Shown here: piece after piece, positions 43,026-51,047 of the stretch
Position numbering within the stretch: position 1 is the first letter of the stretch
Layout: each line of letters begins with the position of its first letter
NCBI GenBank assembly: GCA_963848075.1
Contig: CAWKCB010000004.1
Location: 1,270,376 to 1,334,375, forward strand
Length of the DNA stretch: 64,000 nt
Reading direction: 5' to 3'
Origin: an uncultured Bacteroidota bacterium
GTDB taxonomy: Bacteria > Bacteroidota > Rhodothermia > Rhodothermales > Rubricoccaceae
The notes under the pieces: generated by a model
Told to the model about the DNA's origin: nothing
The model's input: only the letters and a program-made list of their open reading frames with translations
Databases searched by the model: none
Program-made: the position numbers and the translations under genes

Positions 43026-44288
43026 CTAGACCAGGCGGACGAGGGCGACCGACTTTTTGCCCTTCCGCAGCACCACCACGGCCCCGTCGACGGCGTCGGC
43101 GCGCGTCAGCGTCTGCCCCAGATCCTCGACGCGCGCGTCGCCGACGCGGACGCCGCCGCCGGTGACGGCCCGCTTGGCCTCGCCCCGGGACGACGCCAGC
43201 CCGGCCTCGACCAGCAGGTCCACCACGCCGACCCCCTCGCCCTCGAACTGGGCCGCCGAGACGTCGACGGACGGGGCCTCCTCGAACACCTCGGCCAGCG
43301 CCGCCGAGCTCAGCTCGGACAGGTCGCCGCCGAACAGCGCCCGCCCCGCCCGCTCGGCGGCCTCGGTCGCCTCGGGCCCGTGGACGAGGGTCGTCACCTC
43401 GCGGGCCAGCGCCCGCTGGGCTTGGCGCGCGCCGGGCCGCTCCTCCATCGCAGCCTCCAGCGCGTCGACCTCGTCGCGCCCGAGCCAGGTGAAGTACTGG
43501 AGGTAGGCGACCACGTCGCGGTCGTCGGTGTTCAGCCAGAACTGGTAGAACCGGTACGGCGACGTCCGCTCGGCGTCGAGCCAGACGGTGCCGGCCTCGG
43601 TCTTGCCGAACTTGGTCCCGGAGGCGTTCGTAACGAGTGGCATCACGAACCCGTGCGCCTTGCCGCCGGCGCTCCGGCGGACCAGCTCGGTCCCGGCCGT
43701 GATGTTGCCCCACTGGTCGCTCCCGCCGAGCTGGACCGTGGCACCCTGCTCTCGGTAGAGGTGGAGAAAGTCGGTCGCCTGGAGCAGCATGTAGCTGAAC
43801 TCGGTAAACGACAGCCCACTCTCGACCCGGCTCTTAACGGACTCCTTGGCCGTCATGTAGCCGATCGTGAAGTGCTTGCCGACGTCGCGCAGGAAGTCGG
43901 TCAGCGGGATGGTCGTCAGCCACTCGGCGTTGTTGGCCATCCGGGCGGCGTGGGGGCCGTCGAAGTCGAGGAACCGCTCGAGCTGGCGCCGGATGCCGAC
44001 CACGTTCGCGTCGACCTGCTCGCGCGTGAGCAGCGACCGCTCGTTCGCCTTGCCGGACGGGTCGCCGATAAGGCCGGTCCCCCCGCCGACGAGCGCGATC
44101 GGCGTGTGGCCGTGGCGCTGCAGCCGCGCCAGGCCCATGATGGGCACGAGCGAGCCGACGTGCAGGCTGTCGGCCGTCGGGTCGAACCCGCAGTAGGCCG
44201 TGCGCGAGCCCTCGGCGAGGTGGTCGTCGAGGTCGGGCGTGTGGTCGTAGAGGACGCCGCGCCAGCGGAGGTCGTCGAGGAGAGTCAT
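43026..44288 (-). CDS. tyrS: tyrosine--tRNA ligase
   Basis: SLHVGSLVPI (HIGH), KFGKTE (KMSKS-like), and a C-terminal S4-like domain. Confidence 0.95.
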   Translation of the reverse strand: MTLLDDLRWRGVLYDHTPDLDDHLAEGSRTAYCGFDPTADSLHVGSLVPIMGLARLQRHGHTPIALVGGGTGLIGDPSGKANERSLLTREQVDANVVGIRRQLERFLDFDGPHAARMANNAEWLTTIPLTDFLRDVGKHFTIGYMTAKESVKSRVESGLSFTEFSYMLLQATDFLHLYREQGATVQLGGSDQWGNITAGTELVRRSAGGKAHGFVMPLVTNASGTKFGKTEAGTVWLDAERTSPYRFYQFWLNTDDRDVVAYLQYFTWLGRDEVDALEAAMEERPGARQAQRALAREVTTLVHGPEATEAAERAGRALFGGDLSELSSAALAEVFEEAPSVDVSAAQFEGEGVGVVDLLVEAGLASSRGEAKRAVTGGGVRVGDARVEDLGQTLTRADAVDGAVVVLRKGKKSVALVRLV

Positions 44289-44315
44289 CTCGGGGGTGGA
44301 GGGGTGGAGGGCAAG

Positions 44316-44472
44316 GGCTGTCGCAACCTCGCCTACCGCGTCATCCTGAGCCTGCGAAGGATCTCAACTTGGACTCCGAGACCTGCCGCGCCGGCCCCTA
44401 TGGCCTCCACCGTCGGCGTCGAGATCCTTCGCTCCGCTCAGGACGACAAATGAGGGAGAGGTTGCGACAGCC
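44316..44472. repeat. REP/MITE-like palindromic element (copy C)
   Basis: Perfect 15-bp terminal inverted repeat GGCTGTCGCAACCTC (44316-44330) / GAGGTTGCGACAGCC (44458-44472). Inner arms GTCATCCTGAGCCTGCGAAGGATCTC (44340-44365) / GAGATCCTTCGCTCCGCTCAGGACGAC (44421-44447). Confidence 0.85.
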
Positions 44473-44475
44473 TCG

Positions 44476-44500
44476 GAATGAAAGACGGGCGGCCCGCCCC
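44476..44500 (-). terminator. weak terminator candidate after hisC
   Basis: The minus strand reads GGGGCGGGCCGCCCGTC followed by TTTCATTCC, giving a short GC stem and a partial U tract. Confidence 0.35.
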
Positions 44501-44503
44501 GCG

Positions 44504-45601
44504 TCACCCCTCCCCCACCGCGTCGAGGAAGGCGCGGCGGATGACGGCGTTCTCGGACGGGGCGCCGACGGAGATGCGGAGCCAGCCGGGGCGGCCGTCG
44601 CGACTGGCGAGGGCCGGGTAGCCGGTGACGTCGCGGGCGAGCACGCCGCGCTCGGCCAGCCGGCGCTGCAGATCGCCGGGCTCCAGCGGCGTGCGGACCA
44701 GGAAGAAGTTGGCGGCGCCGGGCAGCACCTCGACGCCGTCGAGCGACGCGCACCACGCCTCCAGCGACTCGCGCTCGGCCCTCAGCTCGGCCACGCGCTC
44801 GGCCACCAGGTCCCGCCGGTCCAGGATCGACAGCCCGACCTCCTCGCCCAGCCGGCCGACCAGGAACGGCAGCCGCGACTTCTCGATCTCGGCGACCACC
44901 TCGGGGTGACCCATCAGCACGCCCAGGCGGACGCCCGCCAACCCGAACGCCTTCGAGAACGTCCGCATCACCAGCACGTTGGCGTGGGCCTTTAGCACGT
45001 CCGTCGCCGTCGGGCCGTCCAGGAACTCGTGGTACGCCTCGTCGATGACGAGCACGCCGGGGACGCCGGCCGCCAGCCGCTCCAGACCGTCGTGGGCGAT
45101 CGTCTGGCCCGTCGGGTTGTTGGGCGTCGTGACGATGGTGAGCGGCGCGTCGGCGTCGACGGCCGCCTGCAGGATGGCGTCGGGGTCGTGGGCCAGGTCG
45201 GGTCCGGCGGGGACGTCGACGACGCGGGCCCCGTGCATCCGGGCGACGCTCGCGTAGAGCGCGAACATGGGGCTCGGCAGGACGACCGGCGTGCCGGCGT
45301 CCAAGAAACAGAGGCCGAGGGTGTGGGACAGCTCGTTCGACCCGCGCCCGACGATGACCGATCCCGCCGGCAACCCCTCCCGCTCTTCGATCGCGCGGAC
45401 CAGCCGGTGCGGCCGGTCGTCGGGGTATCGGTTCCAGGGCGTCGCGGCGAACGCGTCGAGCGCGGCCCGCTTGATCTCGTCCGGCAGGTCGTACGGGCTC
45501 TCGTTCTGGTCCACCTTCGCCTCCACGTCGAGCGTCGTCGGCACGCGGTAGGCGCGCTCGGCACGGATCTCGGGGCGGACGAGGTGGGTCGGGGCGGACA
45601 T
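44504..45601 (-). CDS. hisC: histidinol-phosphate aminotransferase
   Basis: TFSKAFGLAGVRLG (PLP Lys) and NPNNPTG-like TTPNNPTGQ motifs. ATG 45601 chosen. Confidence 0.92.
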   Translation of the reverse strand: MSAPTHLVRPEIRAERAYRVPTTLDVEAKVDQNESPYDLPDEIKRAALDAFAATPWNRYPDDRPHRLVRAIEEREGLPAGSVIVGRGSNELSHTLGLCFLDAGTPVVLPSPMFALYASVARMHGARVVDVPAGPDLAHDPDAILQAAVDADAPLTIVTTPNNPTGQTIAHDGLERLAAGVPGVLVIDEAYHEFLDGPTATDVLKAHANVLVMRTFSKAFGLAGVRLGVLMGHPEVVAEIEKSRLPFLVGRLGEEVGLSILDRRDLVAERVAELRAERESLEAWCASLDGVEVLPGAANFFLVRTPLEPGDLQRRLAERGVLARDVTGYPALASRDGRPGWLRISVGAPSENAVIRRAFLDAVGEG

Positions 45602-45641
45602 GGATCGGGGCGACGTGGAGTGAGGAATGGTCGGCGTCGGA

Positions 45642-46997
45642 CTACTCGCTCGCAGACCGCCTGAGGCCAACCGCTCGGGAGCCTTCCGCGTTCGACCCCG
45701 CACGTTCCACGTCCATCCGGACGCGGACGGCCAGGGCGTGGGCGTCGAGCCCCTCGGCCTCGGCGAACCGGGCGATGGCCTCGCCGGACTGCGCGAGCCG
45801 GGCCTGGGAGTAGCGGACGACCGACTGGCGCCGCAGGAACACGCCGACGCCCAGCGCCGACGCGAACCGGGCCGTGCCGCCGGTCGGCAACACGTGGTTC
45901 GGACCCGCGAAGTAGTCGCCGACGGGCTCGGGCGTGAGGTGGCCCAGGAAGACGGCGCCGGCGTGACGGACCCGACTCCACAGCGCGTCCGCGTCGTCGG
46001 ACAGGATCACCAGGTGCTCGGGCGCCAGCTCGTCGACGCAGGCCACGGCCTCGTCCATCGAGCCGGTGACGACGGCGGCGCCGTAGGCGGGGAGCGACGC
46101 CCGCAGCACGTCGGCGCGGGGGAGCGTGGGGACGAGACGGTCGACCTCGGCTTGGACGGCGCGCGCCAGCGCTTGCGACGGCGTGACCAAGATGGCGCTC
46201 GCGCGGGCGTCGTGCTCGGCCTGGGCCAGCAGGTCGGCCGCCGCCCACGTCGGGTCCGCCCCGTCGTCGGCCAGCACGACGACCTCGCTCGGCCCGGCGA
46301 CCGAGTCGATCCCGACCTGGCCGACGACGAGCTTCTTGGCCGTCGCCACCCAGGCGTTGCCGGGCCCCACCACGACGTCGACGCGGGGCACGGTCTCGGT
46401 CCCGAACGCCAGCGCGCCGATCGCCTGCGCCCCGCCCACGGCGACGACGTGCTCGAGGCCGAGCAGCCGCGCCGTCGCCAAGATGAGCGGGTGCGGGAGT
46501 CCGTCCGCTCCAGGTGGACTGCACACCCAGATCTCGTCGACGCCGGCGACCTGGGCCGGCACGGCGTTCATGATCACGCTCGACGGCAACGGCGCCGTCC
46601 CGGCCGGCACGTAGAGCCCGGCCCGCTCGACGGGCGAGATCCGCTGCCCGAACGCGACGCCGTCGCCGTCGTCGTGCGCCCACGACGCGGGCCTCTCGCA
46701 CTCGTGGAACCGGCGGACGTTGGCGGCGGCCTGCTCCAGCGTCTCGCGGAGCGCCGGGTCGAGCGCGTCGAGCGCCCGGTCGAGCGCCTCGGTCGGCACG
46801 ACCAAGGTCTCCGGGCGGACGCCGTCGAACCGCTCGGTCAGGTCCAGCAGCGCCGCGTCGCCCCGCCGGCGGACGTCGTCCAGGATGGCGCGGACGGAGG
46901 CCTCGACGGCGTCGTCGAACACGGCGCGGCGGTCGAGCACGGCCGACAGGCGGGCGCGGCGCTCGGCGTACGGGACGAGGGGCAGCAGCGGGGGCAT
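45642..46997 (-). CDS. hisD: histidinol dehydrogenase
   Basis: LAQAEHD, GPSEVVVLAD and SVVRYS-type motifs; 451 aa. Confidence 0.95.
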   Translation of the reverse strand: MPPLLPLVPYAERRARLSAVLDRRAVFDDAVEASVRAILDDVRRRGDAALLDLTERFDGVRPETLVVPTEALDRALDALDPALRETLEQAAANVRRFHECERPASWAHDDGDGVAFGQRISPVERAGLYVPAGTAPLPSSVIMNAVPAQVAGVDEIWVCSPPGADGLPHPLILATARLLGLEHVVAVGGAQAIGALAFGTETVPRVDVVVGPGNAWVATAKKLVVGQVGIDSVAGPSEVVVLADDGADPTWAAADLLAQAEHDARASAILVTPSQALARAVQAEVDRLVPTLPRADVLRASLPAYGAAVVTGSMDEAVACVDELAPEHLVILSDDADALWSRVRHAGAVFLGHLTPEPVGDYFAGPNHVLPTGGTARFASALGVGVFLRRQSVVRYSQARLAQSGEAIARFAEAEGLDAHALAVRVRMDVERAGSNAEGSRAVGLRRSASE

Positions 46998-47174
46998 GCG
47001 GCAACGTACCTCGGCCCCCGATCCGCGATCCGCGGTTCACCCCTTCTTAGGCGGTGAGCGGTGGGCGAGGGACGCCCCCGGCCTGGCCCTCGGGCCACCC
47101 CACGCTCTCTGCCCGTTCCCCCTTCCCATCGCGGTGAGCGCAGCGTGCCCATCCCCGCGAGCGCCGGCGAGCCC

Positions 47175-48839
47175 CTACCGGAGTGCGACGCGGGGAAGCG
47201 GCTCGACCATCGGCGGGCGGAGCGCCTCGGACTCGATGGGCAGGCGGAGCGCGTCGGCCCAACCGGGTCGCGCGCCCAGACGGACGGTCAGCGCGCGGGC
47301 TTCTTCCACCCGCCCTTGAGCGAGCCGGACGATGCCCAGGAGGTACAGCGCCGGCGCGAACCGGGCGTCGTGGCCCAGGACCGACTCGAGGGCCCGTTCC
47401 GCCGCGTGGTAACGCCCCATCTCGATCAGTGCCTGCGCCTGCCCGAACGCGCCCAACCGGCGGTACGGGCCGGCGACGGCCGTCTCGGCGAACAGGTCGG
47501 CGGCGGCGGCTACCTCGCCCCGGCTCAGCAGGTGGTGCGCCAGCGAGTAGCCGGCGGGGGCGTAGCCCGCCCGGCGCGAGGCGTCGAGCGCCCCGGCGGC
47601 CAGCTCGACCTCCCCGACCTCCTCCAGCACCATCCCGGCCGTGTACTGCAGGACGGCGTCGTCGGGGGACTGGCGGAGCGCCTCGCGGAGCAACGCCACG
47701 TGGGGCCGCTGGTCCCAGCCGGCGCGCCGGGCCGGGACCTGGATCGCGCCGACGGCGGCGTGGGCCTGGGCGGCCGGCAGCGTCCGCGTGATCTCGGCGA
47801 GCGCGCTCGTCAGGCGGACGGAGCGGTCGGCGGTCTGGTAGTGGGCCAGCGCCGGGCCGGGGTCCGAGGCCAGCGAGATCGCCTCGTCGAGCAGGTCGGG
47901 CACGCCTCCGGTCTGCCGGCCCGACACGACGACGCCCAGCACGCGGCCGGCGTGGTCGAGCAGGGGCCCGCCGCTGTCGCCGGGCCGGACGGCGTTGGCG
48001 GCCACGCGGACCCGCTGTCCGTCCAGGACGAGGTCGGAAAAGCGGCCGGCGACCGTCCGGCGTTGGACGCCGGCGGGCCACCCGGCGGTGAACGCCACGG
48101 GCCCGTCGGCCGCTTCCGGCGCGATGACGAGCGGGCGGAGACCGGCCCGACGCCCGACCTCGGCCGGCAGGTGCAGGATGGCCACGTCGCGGACCGGGTC
48201 GAGCGTCCAGACCCGCCCGACCGAGACCTCCCGGCCGCCGGGCAGCCGCACCCGGACGCGGCTCGCCCCGACGACCACGTGGTACGCCGTCACCAGCGCG
48301 TCGTCGCCGACGGCGAACGCGGAGCCGATCCGCTCGAACCGGACCCCGTCGATCTCGCCCTCGACCGTGACGGCGACGACGGACCGCTCGGCCACCCCGA
48401 CCGCCGCGTCGCCGGCGTAGGCCCGGATGGGATGCGCGCGCGTCGCGAGCGACCACCGCCGTCCACCCACCGTCACGTCCAGCCGCAGGCTCGGGACCGC
48501 GTCGACGGCCGCGCTCGTCACGCGGACGATCAGGCGGCGCTGGAGCTCGACCACGTTGCCCGTGGCCCGCCCCACCGGTGCGCCGTTCCGCACGAGCGAG
48601 AGCCCTTGGCCGAGCTGGCTCCCGACGTCCCACGACCGGAACGCCTCGTCGAGCGCTCGGCGAGCATCGGCAGTGACCGGCACCGCAAGCACTTCGAGCT
48701 CGATCTCCAGCAGGCCCCCCACCTCGATAGCCTCGCGGTCGACTCCGCTAAACACCTGGGCCCGGAGCGGGTCGCCCGCCGCGGCCACGGTGGGCGCGGC
48801 GAGCAGGACGGCGAGCAGGACGGTCGAGAGGCGAGTCAT
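47175..48839 (-). CDS. secreted trypsin-like (S1) serine protease with C-terminal TPR-like repeats
   Basis: Signal peptide, then catalytic triad context TAYHVV, RDVAILH, GDSGGPLL. The C-terminal helical repeat region looks TPR-like. Confidence 0.8.
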   Translation of the reverse strand: MTRLSTVLLAVLLAAPTVAAAGDPLRAQVFSGVDREAIEVGGLLEIELEVLAVPVTADARRALDEAFRSWDVGSQLGQGLSLVRNGAPVGRATGNVVELQRRLIVRVTSAAVDAVPSLRLDVTVGGRRWSLATRAHPIRAYAGDAAVGVAERSVVAVTVEGEIDGVRFERIGSAFAVGDDALVTAYHVVVGASRVRVRLPGGREVSVGRVWTLDPVRDVAILHLPAEVGRRAGLRPLVIAPEAADGPVAFTAGWPAGVQRRTVAGRFSDLVLDGQRVRVAANAVRPGDSGGPLLDHAGRVLGVVVSGRQTGGVPDLLDEAISLASDPGPALAHYQTADRSVRLTSALAEITRTLPAAQAHAAVGAIQVPARRAGWDQRPHVALLREALRQSPDDAVLQYTAGMVLEEVGEVELAAGALDASRRAGYAPAGYSLAHHLLSRGEVAAAADLFAETAVAGPYRRLGAFGQAQALIEMGRYHAAERALESVLGHDARFAPALYLLGIVRLAQGRVEEARALTVRLGARPGWADALRLPIESEALRPPMVEPLPRVALR

Positions 48840-48883
48840 GGGTCCCGAGGCGTAGCTCCCGAAGGAGCCCCGGGTCCCCCGGC

Positions 48884-49717
48884 CTAGGGGCCGGTCTCAG
48901 CGACGATGCCGCGGACCCAGGCGGCGAGTCGGTCCCGGACGCGGCGCCCCACCTCCAGCACGTCGGCGTGGTCGAGGGGCGCCGGGTCGAGGCCGGCCGC
49001 GGGGTTGGTGATGGTCGAGATCCCGAGGACCGGCAGGCCGATGGCGGCAGCCTGGAGCGCCTCGGGCACAGTACTCATGCCGACGGCGTCGGCACCAGCA
49101 CGGGCGAAAAAGCGGATTTCAGCGGGCGTTTCGTACGAGGGACCGGAGGTCCACACATACACCCCCTCACGGTACGGAATTTTCTGTGTTATCGCAATGT
49201 TACGAGCCTGCACCCGCCACGTTTCGTCGTACGGATTGGACAGATCGGGGAACCGGACCTCGCCCTCACCCACCGGCCCGGCCAGCGGGTTCTGAAATGC
49301 CAGGTTGAGGTGGTCCGTGATCAGCATGAGCGTGCCGGGCCCGAACGCCGGGTTGATCCCGCCGGCCGCGTTCGTCAGCACGAGCCCCTCTACGCCGAGC
49401 GCCTTCGCCAGCCGCACCGGGAAGCCGAGCGCCCGAGCGTCGTGGCCCTCGTACCCGTGGATCCGCCCCTGGACGACGAGCACCGGTCGGCCGGCAAGGT
49501 GGCCGAGCACCAACCGGCCCGCGTGGCCTTCGACCGTCGACGCCGGGTAGTGAGGGACGTCGGCGGTCGAGAGCGTCACGGCGTCCTCGACCTCGTCGGC
49601 CAGTGCGCCCAGGCCCGAGCCCAGGACGAGCGCCAACGTCGGCACGAGGTCGGTGTGGGCGCGGATGGCGGCGACGGCCTCGCCGATCTGACGGGCGTCG
49701 AGCGCGGGGTCGGTCAT
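48884..49717 (-). CDS. purine nucleoside phosphorylase (PunA/PNP family)
   Basis: GRIHGYEGH, NAAGGINP and MSTVPE motifs. ATG 49717 chosen; the track ORF extension only translates the heptad repeat. Confidence 0.9.
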   Translation of the reverse strand: MTDPALDARQIGEAVAAIRAHTDLVPTLALVLGSGLGALADEVEDAVTLSTADVPHYPASTVEGHAGRLVLGHLAGRPVLVVQGRIHGYEGHDARALGFPVRLAKALGVEGLVLTNAAGGINPAFGPGTLMLITDHLNLAFQNPLAGPVGEGEVRFPDLSNPYDETWRVQARNIAITQKIPYREGVYVWTSGPSYETPAEIRFFARAGADAVGMSTVPEALQAAAIGLPVLGISTITNPAAGLDPAPLDHADVLEVGRRVRDRLAAWVRGIVAETGP

Positions 49718-49766
49718 GGGGAACGGGGAACGGGGAACGGGGAACGGGGAACGGGGAACGGGAAGG
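49718..49766 (+). repeat. heptanucleotide tandem array (GGGGAAC) x 6 plus a partial unit
   Basis: Six perfect units at 49718-49759, then GGGAAGG. The array starts at the nucleotide adjacent to the PNP start codon, so the PNP mRNA carries (GTTCCCC)6 immediately 5' of ATG. Confidence 0.97.
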
Positions 49767-49838
49767 TCGGCCGACTCGGCCACGGAGTGGGGGGACCCGA
49801 GCTGAACTTCTCGGCGGTCCCAGCTCCCCTCCGCCCCC

Positions 49839-50228
49839 TCACCGTGTTCGCCGGGCGAGCCAGACGGCCCACACGACGACGGCGACGGCGGCGAGCTGAC
49901 GGAGCGGGACGAAGGCGAGGGCGAGCGTGGGCGCGCTCGGCCGGGCGTCGGGGCGGAGCGCGGCGGCGTAGAGGGCCACGCCCAGGCCGAGCGTCAGCAC
50001 GGCGCCGACCAGGGCGGCCCACGACGCCAGCCGGTGGTCTCGCGCCAGCCGGACCGTCCACAGCAGGCCGGCCGCCGGGAGCGCGGCGTAGAGCGCGCCG
50101 TCGCCGACGGCCGCCCACGACGGGCTCGCGCCGACGCGGTGGGCGGCGACGGCCGGGAACGCGGCGCCGGCGGCCAGCACCAGCACCGCCACGCCGACCG
50201 CCCCCACGCGGAGGTGGGCCGGCGTCAC
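49839..50228 (-). CDS. hypothetical small membrane protein
   Basis: 129 aa with 4 hydrophobic helices. GTGA overlap with the recX stop. Confidence 0.5.
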   Translation of the reverse strand: MTPAHLRVGAVGVAVLVLAAGAAFPAVAAHRVGASPSWAAVGDGALYAALPAAGLLWTVRLARDHRLASWAALVGAVLTLGLGVALYAAALRPDARPSAPTLALAFVPLRQLAAVAVVVWAVWLARRTR

Positions 50229-50941
50229 GCGTCGTCCCAGCCGTCGGCGTCCTCGTCGGCCGCGGCGGCGTCGACGGCGGCGCGGGCCGTGTCGAACCCG
50301 AACCCGCGGCGGACCAGAAAGTCGAGCGTCTTCTTCTGCCGCTTGCGGACGTCCTCCTCGGACGCGAGCGACCGCCACTTTTTGGCCGCCTGCTCGCGCG
50401 CCTCGGCCCCCATGTCTTCGGCCTCGGTGAGCTCCGCCAGCGCTGCGTCGATCGTGACTCGCCCGACCCCCTTCCGCATCAGGTCCTGGCGGAGCCGCGC
50501 CGGCCCGTAGCCCCGCCCGTTGAAGCGGTCGCGGGCGAACGCGCGGGCGTAGGCCTCGTCGTCCACCAGCCCGATCCGCTCGAGGTCGGCCACGGTGTCC
50601 TCGGCGATGGCCTCGGCGAACCCCTTGCGGAGCAGCGACTGGCGGACCTCGTCGGCCGTCCGGGCCCGGTTCGACAGGCCGGCCATCGCCGACGCCTTCG
50701 CCGAGAACGTCTCCTGGCGGACCAGGAGCGCCCGTTGCTGCTCGGCCGTCAGCATGACGCCTTTGCGCAGGCCGGCCTCGATCACCAGGTCGACGGCGAG
50801 CCCGAAAGCGAACGTCTCGTCGATGAAGATGCTGGCCCGGTCGAGGTCCTTCTTCTGCTGAGCGACGCGCGTGACGGTCCCGTCAGCCAGGTCGAGGTCG
50901 GCGGGGTCGGGGCGCTCGCGGCGCTGGGAGTTGAAGGCCAT
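50225..50941 (-). CDS. recX: recombination regulator RecX
   Basis: Three-repeat helical pattern (RARTADEVRQSLLRKGF, DDEAYARAFARDR, GPARLRQDLMRKGV, DFLVRRGF). ATG 50941 preferred over TTG 50974. Confidence 0.85.
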   Translation of the reverse strand: MAFNSQRRERPDPADLDLADGTVTRVAQQKKDLDRASIFIDETFAFGLAVDLVIEAGLRKGVMLTAEQQRALLVRQETFSAKASAMAGLSNRARTADEVRQSLLRKGFAEAIAEDTVADLERIGLVDDEAYARAFARDRFNGRGYGPARLRQDLMRKGVGRVTIDAALAELTEAEDMGAEAREQAAKKWRSLASEEDVRKRQKKTLDFLVRRGFGFDTARAAVDAAAADEDADGWDDA

Positions 50942-51047
50942 GCGGGGTGGAGAGGTGGACTCGTGGAGTGCCAACGTGCGGCGGCGGGGTCAGGTCCGCC
51001 TTCGGGCTCGCCCTCGGCCACGGCTCCGCCCGCCCAGGCCCCCGTCG

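Noticed and set aside
49718-49783. N-terminal extension of the PNP ORF (MAESADLPVPRSPFPVPRSPFP...)
   Set aside because: The extension is just the translation of the GGGGAAC repeat. The PNP family alignment begins near MTDPALDARQ, so ATG 49717 was taken as the start.
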